Assembly: GCA_963422735.1 (NCBI GenBank)
Contig: OY730476.1
Coordinates: 1,440,001-1,504,000 of the forward strand
Length of the DNA stretch: 64,000 nt
Direction of reading: 5' to 3'
Origin: Candidatus Latescibacterota bacterium
GTDB taxonomy: Bacteria; Latescibacterota; UBA2968; UBA8231
In this document: positions 48,199-59,354 of the stretch, one piece after another
Numbering within the stretch: the first letter of the stretch is position 1
Layout: every line of letters begins with the position of its first letter
Notes under the pieces: generated by a model
The model's input: only the letters and a program-made list of their open reading frames with translations
What the model was told of the DNA's origin: nothing
The model's database searches: none
Position numbers and translations under genes: made by a program

Positions 48199-48451
48199 TT
48201 ATTGACGATAGACTTCCCGACTATGTTACATCAACGCGGTTCCTGCCGTCATCTATTTGATGGAGGATGAGGTACTCCCCGACACGTACTCGCCAACCAG
48301 AAGCTGTACGCCCTGAAAGTTTAACGACGCCATCTGGACGAGGATCACTTGCTAACTGACGGAACATAGCATCGATGCGTCTGATAGCTTCTCGTGGCAG
48401 CCTCCGAAATTCTCGTTCAGCACGACGTTCTAAATGGATGGTATAACCCAT
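48199..48451 (-). pseudogene. RelE/ParE toxin with C-terminal frameshift
   Basis: YTIHLERRAEREFRRLP...DPRPDGVVKLSG...WRVRVGEY; the tail HSREVYRQ lies in another frame. Confidence 0.75.
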
Positions 48452-48454
48452 CGC

Positions 48455-48660
48455 ATCGGTCAAAATTTTCCTTCTTTTTTATTTCTGCCCGTATTTCAGT
48501 ATATTCCCGAAAATCGGTTGCCCTTTCAACGGCCCGATCCAGCCTAAAGCATCTTCTAAATCCTGAAGTCGTTGCATCAGAGAGCGATAATCTTCCATCG
48601 ATAGAACAGTTGCTGTTTTTCGTCCTTTTTCATTGACAACATATTTCGGCTTGATATTGC
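48455..48660 (-). pseudogene. Cognate antitoxin remnant
   Basis: KPKYVVNEKGRKTATVLSMEDYRSLMQRLQDLEDAL, then a frameshift to DRAVERATDFREYTEIRAEI; directly upstream of the toxin. Confidence 0.6.
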
Positions 48661-48695
48661 AAGGTGGTCTCGCTTCCCAACAAAAGCCTGCGCCT

Positions 48696-49007
48696 CTATT
48701 CGGGCAGCGCGATGTGGGGGTCGTCGGGGTCGGGACGATAGAGGAGCAGAGTGTTGCCCAAAACTTGCACTAGGTGTGCCTCGGTAGCGGCGGCAAGCTG
48801 CTCGCCGACTTCGCGGCGGTCGAGCAGACTGTTGCGCTCGCAGCGCACCTTGACCAACTCGCTGTTGGCGTACGCTTCGTTAAGCGAGCGGATAACGGCG
48901 GCGGAAAGGCCCTCTTTGCCCAAATAGACGGTCGGGCGCAGCGCGTTGCCTAAGCGGCGCAAGTAGCGGCGGTCTTTGCCGCGGAGCTTAGGTGGGGAGT
49001 CTGTCAT
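48696..49007 (-). CDS. yhbY: YhbY/CRM-domain RNA-binding protein
   Basis: RRYLRRLGNALRPTVYLGKEGL, ELVKV, VQVLGNTLLLYR. Confidence 0.92.
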   Translation of the reverse strand: MTDSPPKLRGKDRRYLRRLGNALRPTVYLGKEGLSAAVIRSLNEAYANSELVKVRCERNSLLDRREVGEQLAAATEAHLVQVLGNTLLLYRPDPDDPHIALPE

Positions 49008-49036
49008 GATCTATAGGCTCTATCTGTAGCGGCTTG

Positions 49037-49296
49037 TTAAGCTCTAACAGATACGACTTGCCCGTTCTCGATTGTTCTCAGTACGCAGTGGCGCGAGAGC
49101 TTCGTAGCGATTGCCCTTCGCTTCCAATAACACAATGCCCATCTTAATCTCGCCGAGGCTCCATTGTGCCAAGACATCGAATTCGCTCTCCGCGCTCTTC
49201 ACTTCCAACCCCGATAGCCAACCGCAATAACCTCGACCCCTGTCTCAAAAGTGGCCTCAGTTTGTACGGTATATTCTCGTCAAGCAGCACGCGCAT
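49037..49296 (-). pseudogene. DUF5615 PIN-like toxin remnant
   Basis: MRVLLDENIPYKLRP start overlapping the DUF433 stop; then frameshifts and deletions (GIVLLEAKGNRYEAL). Confidence 0.7.
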
Positions 49297-49492
49297 CGGC
49301 TACTTCCAGCGTCATCTCTAAATAGGCGACTGCTTGCTCTCGCGATACAGTTGGGAAGTCTTCAAGGAATTTGTCGAGCGAGTCCCCAGCGACAATATGT
49401 TGAATCAAAATTCCAACGGGAACGCGGGTTCCGGCAAAAACTAAGGCACCATTCACAACCGCCGGATTACGGGAGATAATTGCCTGCTTCAT
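49280..49492 (-). CDS. DUF433 family antitoxin
   Basis: ISRNPAVVNGALVFAGTRVPV...FLEDFPTVSREQ. Confidence 0.9.
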   Translation of the reverse strand: MKQAIISRNPAVVNGALVFAGTRVPVGILIQHIVAGDSLDKFLEDFPTVSREQAVAYLEMTLEVADARAA

Positions 49493-49594
49493 AGGTTGGA
49501 CCTCCGTCTCTAAGACTGCGATAGCCTAGGCATCGAATATAGACGCGCCCGCCGCTCTTGTCGAAGTGGAACGATTTTTGCCGTTGGACTTGGT

Positions 49595-51994
49595 ATGTCC
49601 GCGAGCAAAAAGATGCGACGGCGACCCGCGCTGTGGACGGCCCTCGGATTCGGAATCGGCATCTTCTTGGGGCGATCTGTGGAGGTGGGCTTGGTCACAG
49701 CGACGGCCCTGAGCGGGTTGGCCTTTCTCGGCGCGGCCGCAGGCTTCTACCGCAAGGCGTGTTGGGCAGGTTGGATGCTGTGGGGAGTCGCCGTCCTGTT
49801 AGGCGCACTGCGTTACCACATCGACACAGCCCTGTCCCCTTTGCCACACCTAGTCGCGCTCAAGGTCTTTGACCAGCGCGGCGTGGTCACCGGGTGCATC
49901 GTCCAAGAGCCGGAGCGCAGTGACGAGCGAGTGCGCTTTGCCATAGAACTGGAACAGGTGGTCGCCGACAGCACCATCTACCACTTGGGCGGGCAGGTGC
50001 TAGTCACGGTAAAAGACGTGTACTTGCCGGCGGATTACGGCGACCGCGTGTCCCTGCGCGGGAGGCTCCAAAGGCCCCGTGCAGTGCGGAATCCTGGTGC
50101 CTTCGACTACCGGGCCTTTTTGGCCCAGCAGGACATCTACGGCACGCTTTTCGTCGGCAAACCCGAGCAGGTCGTTTCCGTAGAGCACTTGCCCGGACAC
50201 TGGCTGTACGAGGGCGTAGTGCTGCCTCTCAGACGCGCCGTGCGCCAGAGCATTGAGCGCAACCTCGCAGGAGCACCGGCCGGACTGTTGTTGGGCGTAC
50301 TCTTGGGAGAGAAGCAGCGAATTCCCGAGGAGGTGCGCGCTGCGTTTCGCAGCACCGGGCTGGCGCACGCGCTCGTGGTCAGCGGACTCCACGTCGGGAT
50401 GGTGGGCGGGTTCTTCTTCTTTGGGTTCCGGCTCCTGCGGCTCGCCGACCGACCGAGTTCCGCGGCCACCATCGTCGCGCTGGTGCTCTATGCCCTCGCA
50501 ACCGGGGCACAGGTGCCGGTAGTGCGGGCGGTGCTGATGGGAGCGGTGGTGCTGTTGGGGCGGGTGCTCCGGCGGCAGGGCGACATCTACAACACTCTTG
50601 GGCTGGCGGCACTAGCGATTTTGGTGATATGGCCGGAGAGTCCGTGGAGTCTGAGCTTCCAGCTCTCCTTTGGCGCGACGTGGGCCATCGTCGCCTTGCA
50701 CGGACCGCTCGCCTCGCTTTTCCCCGCAGCCTCTCAGCGCGCCGACAGCCGGGTAGGTCGCTTTCTCGTCAGCCCGCTGTGCGCCACGCTGGCGGCCCAA
50801 CTCGGCACTGGGCCTTTGATCGCCTATTCCTTTCAGCAGCTAGCATTGGGGGCCGTGGTGGCCAATATAGTGGTAGTGCCGCTCTTGGCGCTCGCCGTGG
50901 GCCTAGGGCTGCTAGCCGCGTTGATGGGTTGGATTTTGCCTTGGGTCGCCACTGCGTTCAACGCCGCCAATTACCTAGTCCTCGTGGGGCTGATCGAGTT
51001 GGTCTCGTGGTGGGCCTCGCTGCCCTTTGCATCCGTGGTGGTGCCGCGTCCGGGGGGGATCTTTGTCGCACTGGCCGCCGCGCTCTGCCTGCTCGGCCCA
51101 CTTTTGTCCCACAGGGCGTGGGCGCGCAAAGCCGCCATTTTCGCAGCACTCGTCTGGTTCAATGTCGCGGTGTGGACCTACGCGCTCCGCTCCCGCGACT
51201 TGGAGATCGTCTTTTTGGACGTGGGCCAAGGCGACGCGGCGTTTGTGCGCTTCCCCGACGGCAAGACCATGGTTGTCGATGGCGGCGAACGCAGCGAATA
51301 CTTCGACTACGGCGAACAGGTGCTGCTGCCTTTCTTGCGCTACATGGGCGTCCGGCGGGTCGATGTCGTCGTGGCCTCGCATCCACACAACGACCACATC
51401 GGCGGCCTGGTAGCCCTGTTGGAGCAAATGGAAGTCGGCCACTTTCTCGACAGTGGGCAGGTCTATGGCTCGTGGACGGCGCGGCGGCTGCGGGAACTCA
51501 TGGCCGAGCGGGGCGTGCGCTACCACCGGGTCGCGGCGGGCGACCGCTTGGCGGGCTTGGGCGGGGTCGCGGCGCTTGTCCTACATCCAACTGCGGACTT
51601 TGTCGATGCAGACGGCAACTCCCCTTTTGGCCTCAACAACGGCTCGGTGGCCTTTAGCTTGCAGCACGGAACCGTGCGGGTGCTCTTTACCGGCGACGTA
51701 GAGCAGGAGGCCGACCCGGCGATCCTCGCTTGGGGACCGCGGCTGCAGGCGTACTTGCTCAAGGTGGCTCACCACGGCTCGCGCACCTCGTCGCAGCCAC
51801 TTTTCGTCGCGGCAGTCGCGCCCGCAGTGGCAGTGATGTCGCTGGGGGAGGGCAACAAGTTCAAGCACCCAGCCCCCGAGGTCGTCGCACGCTACGCAGC
51901 GCACGGGGCGCGCGTACTGCGCACCGATCACATCGGCGCGGTGCAAGTGCGGATTGACGGCGCGGGCATGGTCGTGCAAACGATGATGGAATGA
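49595..51994 (+). CDS. comEC: DNA internalization competence protein ComEC/Rec2
   Basis: RNPGAFDY, GLAHALVVSGLHVG, SFQLSF, FLDVGQGDA, SHPHNDHIGG, KVAHHGS. Confidence 0.95.
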   Translation: MSASKKMRRRPALWTALGFGIGIFLGRSVEVGLVTATALSGLAFLGAAAGFYRKACWAGWMLWGVAVLLGALRYHIDTALSPLPHLVALKVFDQRGVVTGCIVQEPERSDERVRFAIELEQVVADSTIYHLGGQVLVTVKDVYLPADYGDRVSLRGRLQRPRAVRNPGAFDYRAFLAQQDIYGTLFVGKPEQVVSVEHLPGHWLYEGVVLPLRRAVRQSIERNLAGAPAGLLLGVLLGEKQRIPEEVRAAFRSTGLAHALVVSGLHVGMVGGFFFFGFRLLRLADRPSSAATIVALVLYALATGAQVPVVRAVLMGAVVLLGRVLRRQGDIYNTLGLAALAILVIWPESPWSLSFQLSFGATWAIVALHGPLASLFPAASQRADSRVGRFLVSPLCATLAAQLGTGPLIAYSFQQLALGAVVANIVVVPLLALAVGLGLLAALMGWILPWVATAFNAANYLVLVGLIELVSWWASLPFASVVVPRPGGIFVALAAALCLLGPLLSHRAWARKAAIFAALVWFNVAVWTYALRSRDLEIVFLDVGQGDAAFVRFPDGKTMVVDGGERSEYFDYGEQVLLPFLRYMGVRRVDVVVASHPHNDHIGGLVALLEQMEVGHFLDSGQVYGSWTARRLRELMAERGVRYHRVAAGDRLAGLGGVAALVLHPTADFVDADGNSPFGLNNGSVAFSLQHGTVRVLFTGDVEQEADPAILAWGPRLQAYLLKVAHHGSRTSSQPLFVAAVAPAVAVMSLGEGNKFKHPAPEVVARYAAHGARVLRTDHIGAVQVRIDGAGMVVQTMME

Positions 51995-52003
51995 GGGATG
52001 CGC

Positions 52004-53062
52004 CTAGGCTTGCAGCCCCAATTCAGGGCACTCAATCAAGGACCGCAGGCGGTCGAGGAAGCGGGCCGCCGCGCCGTTTTCGAGCAATCGGCTCTCAACC
52101 GTCAGGCTCAAAGAGATCAACGCTCGCGGTACCACGCGGCCCTCGCGCACGGCCGGGCGCTCGGCAATGCGCCCCAGTCCCAAAGCGGCTCGGTGAGGAG
52201 GGCGGAGGATGGGAGTAAAGGCGTCAATGCCGTACATGCCGAGATTGGCGATGGCAAAGGTGCCGCCCTGCACGGTCTCCGGCTCCAAGGCGCACCGCCG
52301 CACCTGAAGCGCTAGGGAGCGCGCCGCCGCCGCGAGTTCGGCCCAGCTCTTGGTATGCGCGTCGCGGATGACCGGAGTCGCCAAGCCATCGCCCGTATCT
52401 ACAGCGAGGCTGAGATGGACGGCCTCTGTTCCCGCGGCATTCAACTGAGGATGCTCGATCAAGGCGACGACCGCCAGCTTGGCAATCAGGTGGTGATATG
52501 CAGGTGCCGGCGCATCCTCCGCCTCGAACTGCGGACGCAACGCCACCAGTTCGGTAGCGTCTGCTTCAGTCGTCAGGATCGCAGGGGACGCCTGACCGCT
52601 GCCAGCGGCAGCCGCGCGAACATCGCGCTCGACGATCCGGCCCGTGCGCCCGCTGCCCGTGAGCACGCGCCATTCCACCCCGAACGCCGAGGCCACGCGC
52701 CGGGCGCGGGGGCTGATGGTCGGCCCTGATGAGCGGACCGGCGCAGGCGTTGAGGCCGGCTCTGCTACGGGCGCGGGAGCCGCAGGCGTTGGGGCCGGCG
52801 CGGTCGGCATTTCCTCGCCGGGCTGCAACAGATAGCCCAAGAGGGTGCCCACCGGCACGGTATCGCCGGGCTGGGGCGCGTCCGGAGGGATGCACAGGAT
52901 GCCGCCGGAAAAGGTCTCGATCTCGTTGAGGGCCTTGTCGCTTTCCACCGCAAAGAGGATTTCGCCCACCTCGACCGCGTCGCCATCGGCTTTGAGCCAC
53001 TCGACGAGGGTGCCCTCTTCCATGGTCCATCCCAAGCGGGGCATTGCGATTGCCTCGGCCAT
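52004..53062 (-). CDS. E2-like dihydrolipoamide acyltransferase (lipoyl domain + PSBD; catalytic DHR motif absent)
   Basis: VESDKA lipoyl-Lys, ISPRARR...GSGRTGRIVERDV, GGTFAIANLG; SLTVESRLLENG in place of DHRxxDG. Confidence 0.85.
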   Translation of the reverse strand: MAEAIAMPRLGWTMEEGTLVEWLKADGDAVEVGEILFAVESDKALNEIETFSGGILCIPPDAPQPGDTVPVGTLLGYLLQPGEEMPTAPAPTPAAPAPVAEPASTPAPVRSSGPTISPRARRVASAFGVEWRVLTGSGRTGRIVERDVRAAAAGSGQASPAILTTEADATELVALRPQFEAEDAPAPAYHHLIAKLAVVALIEHPQLNAAGTEAVHLSLAVDTGDGLATPVIRDAHTKSWAELAAAARSLALQVRRCALEPETVQGGTFAIANLGMYGIDAFTPILRPPHRAALGLGRIAERPAVREGRVVPRALISLSLTVESRLLENGAAARFLDRLRSLIECPELGLQA

Positions 53063-53072
53063 GCGCTTGCTC

Positions 53073-54050
53073 CTACTCGGCCATCAGGTCGCGGATGGCC
53101 CGGTCTATGTCCTTCCCATTGGGCGCAACCGCGGCCTCTAAGGGCGCACTGTACGGCGTGGGCACGTGTGCGCCGTTGACGCGGCGCACCGGCGCGTCGA
53201 GATCGTCGAAGGCCCGGTCAACCACTTCGGCGGCGATTTCTGCGCCCATGCCGCAGGGAGCAAAGGTCTCATCGGCGATCAGCAGGCGGCCCGTCCGGTG
53301 TACGGATTCGAGCACAGCGTCGATGTCGAGGGGGGACGTAGTGCGGGGGTCAATGACTTCGATCGAGATGCCCTCGCCGGATAGAGCCTCGGCGACTTGG
53401 AGCGTCTCGGGTACCATGGTCGTCAGGGCCACGACGGTCAGGTGCTCGCCGCGGCGGCGCACGGCTGCCTGGCCAAAGGGAATGCAGTACTCCTCTTCTG
53501 GAACTTCGCCACGGGTGTTGAGCAAGGACTTGTGTTCGAGGAAGAGCACTGGGTCGTCGCCGCGCAGGGCCGTCTTGAGCAGGCCCTTGGCGTCGTACGG
53601 GCTAGACGGCACCGCGACCTTGAAGCCGGGCAGATGCGTAAAGATCGGATAGTAGTTGCCCGAGTGATGGGTAGCGGCCGCGCCGCCGACGCCAATGCAG
53701 CCGCGCAGAACGATGGGCATTTTCAGGCGACCGCTGCTCATGTACTGCATCTTGGCGATCTGGTTGATCAGCTCGCCGAACGCATCGAGGATGAAATCCA
53801 AGAACATAAAATCCACAACGGGCCGCGTGCCGGTCATGGCCGCGCCAGCGCACAGGCCGACGAAGCCGCGCTCGCATATCGGGGTGTCGCGTAGGCGCTC
53901 CGGGCCGTACAGATCAAAGAGACCGGTGGTAGTGTTGAAGTTGCCGCCGCGCGGACCAATGCCCTCGCCGACGACGAAAATGGTCTCGTCTCGCGCCATC
54001 TCCTCGGCTAGGGCTTGCCGCGCCGCTTCCACGTACGTGAGTTCGGGCAT
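53073..54050 (-). CDS. 2-oxoacid/acetoin dehydrogenase E1 beta subunit
   Basis: DTPICE, ATHHS, DPVLFLEHK, EVIDPRT, PTPYSAPLE. Confidence 0.93.
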   Translation of the reverse strand: MPELTYVEAARQALAEEMARDETIFVVGEGIGPRGGNFNTTTGLFDLYGPERLRDTPICERGFVGLCAGAAMTGTRPVVDFMFLDFILDAFGELINQIAKMQYMSSGRLKMPIVLRGCIGVGGAAATHHSGNYYPIFTHLPGFKVAVPSSPYDAKGLLKTALRGDDPVLFLEHKSLLNTRGEVPEEEYCIPFGQAAVRRRGEHLTVVALTTMVPETLQVAEALSGEGISIEVIDPRTTSPLDIDAVLESVHRTGRLLIADETFAPCGMGAEIAAEVVDRAFDDLDAPVRRVNGAHVPTPYSAPLEAAVAPNGKDIDRAIRDLMAE

Positions 54051-55048
54051 TACGCGCCGCCCCTTTGGCTAAAGACGTGGTCGGCCACGGTGGCTGGGTC
54101 GGGCCATGGACTGTCGTGGGCAAATTGCAAAGCCTCGGCGATCAGTGCGGTGCCGTCCGCCGCGATCACATCGAGTTCTTCTTGGCAGGCGTGGCTCGCA
54201 TCTAAAAGCCGGTGGGCAAAGGCCGAGATGGGGTCGCGCTTTTTCCAAGCGTCGATTTCCTCGGTGGAGCGGTAGCCTCCGTCGCGCATTCCTTCGGCGT
54301 GTGGCCGGGTGCGGTAGGTCTTGCACTCAAGGAGGGTCGGGCCGCCGCCTTGGCGTGCGCGCGTTACCGCTTCGCCAGCCGCCGCGTACACCGCAGCTAC
54401 GTCGTTGCCGTCGATGGCGATGCCAGGCAGTCCGTACGCTTCGGCGCGGTTGGCCACTTGCGGATTGCGGGTAGTATCGACAAAGGCCACTTCCGTGGCG
54501 TAGAGGTTGTTTTCGCAAACGAAGAGCACTGGCAACTGCCAATTGGTCGCTAGGTTGATGCCCTCGTGGAAGGCACCGTTGGCTACCGCGCCGTCGCCAA
54601 AAAACGCCACGCCGACCTTGGGGACGCCCAATAGTTTAAAGGAGTAGCCAGCGCCGGCGGCTTGCAGGATGCAGGGACCGACGATGCCGCTGGTACCCAT
54701 CATTCCCACTTGCGGCGAGAAAAGGTGCATGGAGCCGCCGCGCCCCTGCGAGCAGCCCGTAGCTTTGCCAAAAAGCTCGGCGATTAGCTCCCTGGGCGGT
54801 ACGCCTTTGGCGAGGGCGTGGCCGTGACCGCGATGCGTACTAAAGACCGCGTCATCGTCGTTGAGATGAGCGCAAACGCCGGTGGCGATGGCCTCCTCGC
54901 CGACGTACGTGTGGCAGGCACCGGGGATCAGACCGGCTTGGTAGGACCGGGCGAGTTGCTCTTCGCAGCGACGGATGACCAACATCTGGCGATAGAGCAC
55001 CAAACAGGTATCCTTGTCGGGCAGAGCTACTTCCGTTGAGGTAGGCAT
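54050..55048 (-). CDS. 2-oxoacid/acetoin dehydrogenase E1 alpha subunit
   Basis: STHRGHGH, GRGGSMH, FFGDGA...CENN (TPP motif), TYR..H. Confidence 0.93.
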   Translation of the reverse strand: MPTSTEVALPDKDTCLVLYRQMLVIRRCEEQLARSYQAGLIPGACHTYVGEEAIATGVCAHLNDDDAVFSTHRGHGHALAKGVPPRELIAELFGKATGCSQGRGGSMHLFSPQVGMMGTSGIVGPCILQAAGAGYSFKLLGVPKVGVAFFGDGAVANGAFHEGINLATNWQLPVLFVCENNLYATEVAFVDTTRNPQVANRAEAYGLPGIAIDGNDVAAVYAAAGEAVTRARQGGGPTLLECKTYRTRPHAEGMRDGGYRSTEEIDAWKKRDPISAFAHRLLDASHACQEELDVIAADGTALIAEALQFAHDSPWPDPATVADHVFSQRGGA

Positions 55049-55055
55049 GGCGGCG

Positions 55056-55084
55056 AATATAGCGATTGTCCGCCGCCCTGCCAA
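55056..55084 (-). promoter_or_regulatory. Leaderless promoter of E1 alpha
   Basis: TTGGCA-17-TATATT, 7 nt before ATG 55048. Confidence 0.65.
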
Positions 55085-55191
55085 AGACGCCCTAAGAAGC
55101 TGTCGCTACAATTCCCGCATTGCGGGCGAGACGCCCGCGCATCCATGAAGTGGAACCGGGAGAAAGTCAGACACTACCGACGGGCAGCCAA

Positions 55192-55400
55192 TCAATGGAC
55201 GCGCGGCAGATGCGGCAGGTGGGCAAAGTGTTGGTCTCGGGAAAAGAGTTGCAGGCCGTGTTCAACCACGAGCGCGGCAATCCAGATATCGTTGGTGGGA
55301 ATGGGCGTACCCTGCTGACGCAACTGGCAAAAGAGTTGGGCATAGTGCCGCGTTGTGGCCTCGCTGGCATAGAGAGCGGACACCCGAGGCCGATTGAGAA
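55192..55400 (-). pseudogene. VapC/PIN toxin, C-terminal half only
   Basis: TTRHYAQLFCQLRQQGTPIPTNDIWIAALVVEHGLQLFSRDQHF; N-terminal half missing. Confidence 0.8.
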
Positions 55401-55619
55401 AGCTCAGATAGGCATGGCGGCGAATATAGCTTTACCACTTTCACACCGCCTTTTTGCTGAAGGAGTCGTAGTCCAAGTCGTCGCGGGCGTAGGCGTCAAT
55501 GGCGGATTTGGAGCACTTCTGCCCGCGTAGGGGGTTCGCCTTCCCCACTTGAGGTCGCGTATCAAAGCGAGGAATCGAACGTTATCGAATTGTCCGCCAC
55601 CCCGCCAATTAAGGCCCCA

Positions 55620-56186
55620 TCACAAGTCAATCCAGTAGCGCAACTTCCCAATGCGCCGCGCGGGCTTGCGGCCCTCGGCGCGAAATGCTTGGCTGGGCAT
55701 GGCCATCGCGCTCTCGAATTGGCCGCCGTTGTGCTCGATAATTTTGCGCGAGCCAATGTTGTCCGAGTCGCAGGTGACCAACACGCGGTGCAGCCCGAGC
55801 TCCCGCGATACCACTAGCGTCAGGGCGAGGAGGGCCTTGCCGTAGCCGCGGCACCGCCGAGAGGGTCGGATGCTGTAGCCAATGTGTCCTCCGTAGGTGA
55901 GCAAATACGGGGTGCAAAGGTCGGGCCTTATGGAGGTTTGGCCGATGTACTCGCCGTCGTGTACGAACCAGAGCACTCGGTCTGGGTACCGCGCCCGCGA
56001 ACCCGTCGCATCGGCGAGGGCCTTGAGGTCGCGCACGAATTGCGGGAATTGGTCGGCGAGGGAAGCACTGTCGTAACCGAGGGATAGGGCGTACGTCGAG
56101 TCGAAACGGCCTTCGGCTAAGAACTCGGCCGCGCCCTCTAGGAAGCTATCCCGGTACAGGACGGAGGGAGTGGCGAGGGATTGCAT
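55620..56186 (-). CDS. GNAT family N-acetyltransferase
   Basis: GGHIGYSIRPSRRCRGYG, VTCDSDNIGSRKIIEHNGG. Confidence 0.9.
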   Translation of the reverse strand: MQSLATPSVLYRDSFLEGAAEFLAEGRFDSTYALSLGYDSASLADQFPQFVRDLKALADATGSRARYPDRVLWFVHDGEYIGQTSIRPDLCTPYLLTYGGHIGYSIRPSRRCRGYGKALLALTLVVSRELGLHRVLVTCDSDNIGSRKIIEHNGGQFESAMAMPSQAFRAEGRKPARRIGKLRYWIDL

Positions 56187-56413
56187 GATCGGTTGGATAT
56201 AACATAGTGGGCAGGACTTTTTGGGGTGGGGCAAGGTAGGGTGTGGAGGCTAGACCGTCAACTTGGCGGGGCGCGCTTGCCCATTCGCAGGCGTGTATCT
56301 TAATTGCCTAATAGTGTGAATCACCCTTTCCTTGGAAAAGAATCGGCGAGCCAATGGCGCGGGCGGTATATATAGATGTATGAGATAGCTTTTATACAAC
56401 GGACCAAAAAACC

Positions 56414-57988
56414 ATGAGCGAAATCATCCAGCTCGACGATAGATCGGTCGGAGCGATTCTCCGCAACATGACGCCGGCCAGACTCTACGAAGAAGCACTG
56501 CGCCACGAGCGCGGATCCATCATTTCCGACCAAGGCGCGCTCGTGGTTTCCTCGGGCGACAAGACCGGGCGCAGCCCCAGCGACAAGCGCATCGTCTTCG
56601 ACCCACAAAGCAGTGCCGACATCTGGTGGGGCGCGGTCAACATCAAGCTCCAAGAGCACACCTTTATGATCAACCTAGAGCGGGCCATCGACTATCTCAA
56701 CACCTGCGAGCGGTTGTACGTGATCGATGGATTCGCCGGCTGGGATCCTCAATATCGGCTCAAAATCCGCGTGATTTGCTCCCTCGCATACCACGCACTC
56801 TTCATGCACAACATGCTCATCCGCCCGTCCGAGGCCGAGCTAGCCCAATTCGGGACGCCGGATTTTACCATCTACAACGCCGGCCGCTTTCCGGCCAATC
56901 GCTACACTTCGGAGATGACCTCCACGACCAGCATCGACCTAAGCTTCGAGCGCCGGGAAATGGTGATTCTGGGAACCGAGTACGCGGGCGAAATGAAAAA
57001 GGGCGTGTTCACGGTAATGAACTTCCTCATGCCCAGAGCCGGCCTGTTGCCTATGCACTGTTCGGCCAATGCGGGAACCGGCGACACCGCGCTGTTCTTT
57101 GGCTTGTCGGGTACGGGCAAGACCACGCTCTCGACCAACCCGCAGCGGCGATTGATCGGCGACGACGAGCATGTCTGGAGCGCGGAAGGAATCTTCAACA
57201 TTGAGGGCGGCTGTTATGCCAAGTGCATCGACTTGACCCTGGAGCAAGAGCCTGAGATTTTTCGCGCCATCCGCTTTGGCACAGTCTTGGAAAACGTCGT
57301 CTGCGACGAGGAGAGCCGCCGAGTCGATTACGCTGACGGCGCGATCACCGAAAACACCCGCGCGGCCTATCCCATCGACTACATCCCCAACGCGGCGATC
57401 CCCTGTACAGGTAGCCATCCTCGCGACATCGTCTTCCTCACCTGCGATGCCTTCGGTGTGTTGCCGCCGGTTAGCTGCCTGACGCCCGACCAAGCCATGT
57501 ATCACTTTATGAGCGGGTACACGGCCAAGGTCGCCGGCACCGAGATGGGCGTCACCGAGCCAGAGGCCACGTTTTCGGCGTGCTTTGGCGCGGCCTTCAT
57601 GGTCTGGCATCCGAACAAATACGCCGCCCTGCTAGCCAACAAAATCTGCGCCCACAACACCCAAGTCTGGCTGGTCAACACGGGCTGGACGGGTGGGCCG
57701 TACGGCGTGGGTACGCGCCTCTCGCTCCAGCACACCCGGGCGATTATCAGCGCGATCCACGCCGGTGCCCTCGCCGATGCGCCCGTGGAGCGAGAGGCGC
57801 ACTTCGGCTTTGACGCGGTATGCGCGTGTCCGGGCGTGCCCAGCGCACAGATGGTGCCGCGACGAACCTGGGCCGATGGAGCGGCCTACGACGAGCGCGC
57901 TGGCCAACTCGCCGAACTATTCAAGGCGAACTTCGCCGCCTTCGAGAGCGGGGCTTCACCGGCCGTAAAGCGGGCCGGACCGACGTGA
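56414..57988 (+). CDS. pckA: Phosphoenolpyruvate carboxykinase (ATP)
   Basis: [55 protein letters not shown]. Confidence 0.97.
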   Translation: MSEIIQLDDRSVGAILRNMTPARLYEEALRHERGSIISDQGALVVSSGDKTGRSPSDKRIVFDPQSSADIWWGAVNIKLQEHTFMINLERAIDYLNTCERLYVIDGFAGWDPQYRLKIRVICSLAYHALFMHNMLIRPSEAELAQFGTPDFTIYNAGRFPANRYTSEMTSTTSIDLSFERREMVILGTEYAGEMKKGVFTVMNFLMPRAGLLPMHCSANAGTGDTALFFGLSGTGKTTLSTNPQRRLIGDDEHVWSAEGIFNIEGGCYAKCIDLTLEQEPEIFRAIRFGTVLENVVCDEESRRVDYADGAITENTRAAYPIDYIPNAAIPCTGSHPRDIVFLTCDAFGVLPPVSCLTPDQAMYHFMSGYTAKVAGTEMGVTEPEATFSACFGAAFMVWHPNKYAALLANKICAHNTQVWLVNTGWTGGPYGVGTRLSLQHTRAIISAIHAGALADAPVEREAHFGFDAVCACPGVPSAQMVPRRTWADGAAYDERAGQLAELFKANFAAFESGASPAVKRAGPT

Positions 57989-58022
57989 GTCAAAATGACT
58001 CATCACCCATAAGGAGAAATCA

Positions 58023-59345
<1,323 letters not shown>

Positions 59346-59354
59346 ATTCACCCC

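Noticed and set aside
47780-49500. Integron cassette array
   Set aside because: TA genes are cassette-like, but I found no repeated attC structure and no integrase.
57989-58022. SAH riboswitch before ahcY
   Set aside because: Only 34 bp separate pckA and ahcY, and no motif is visible.
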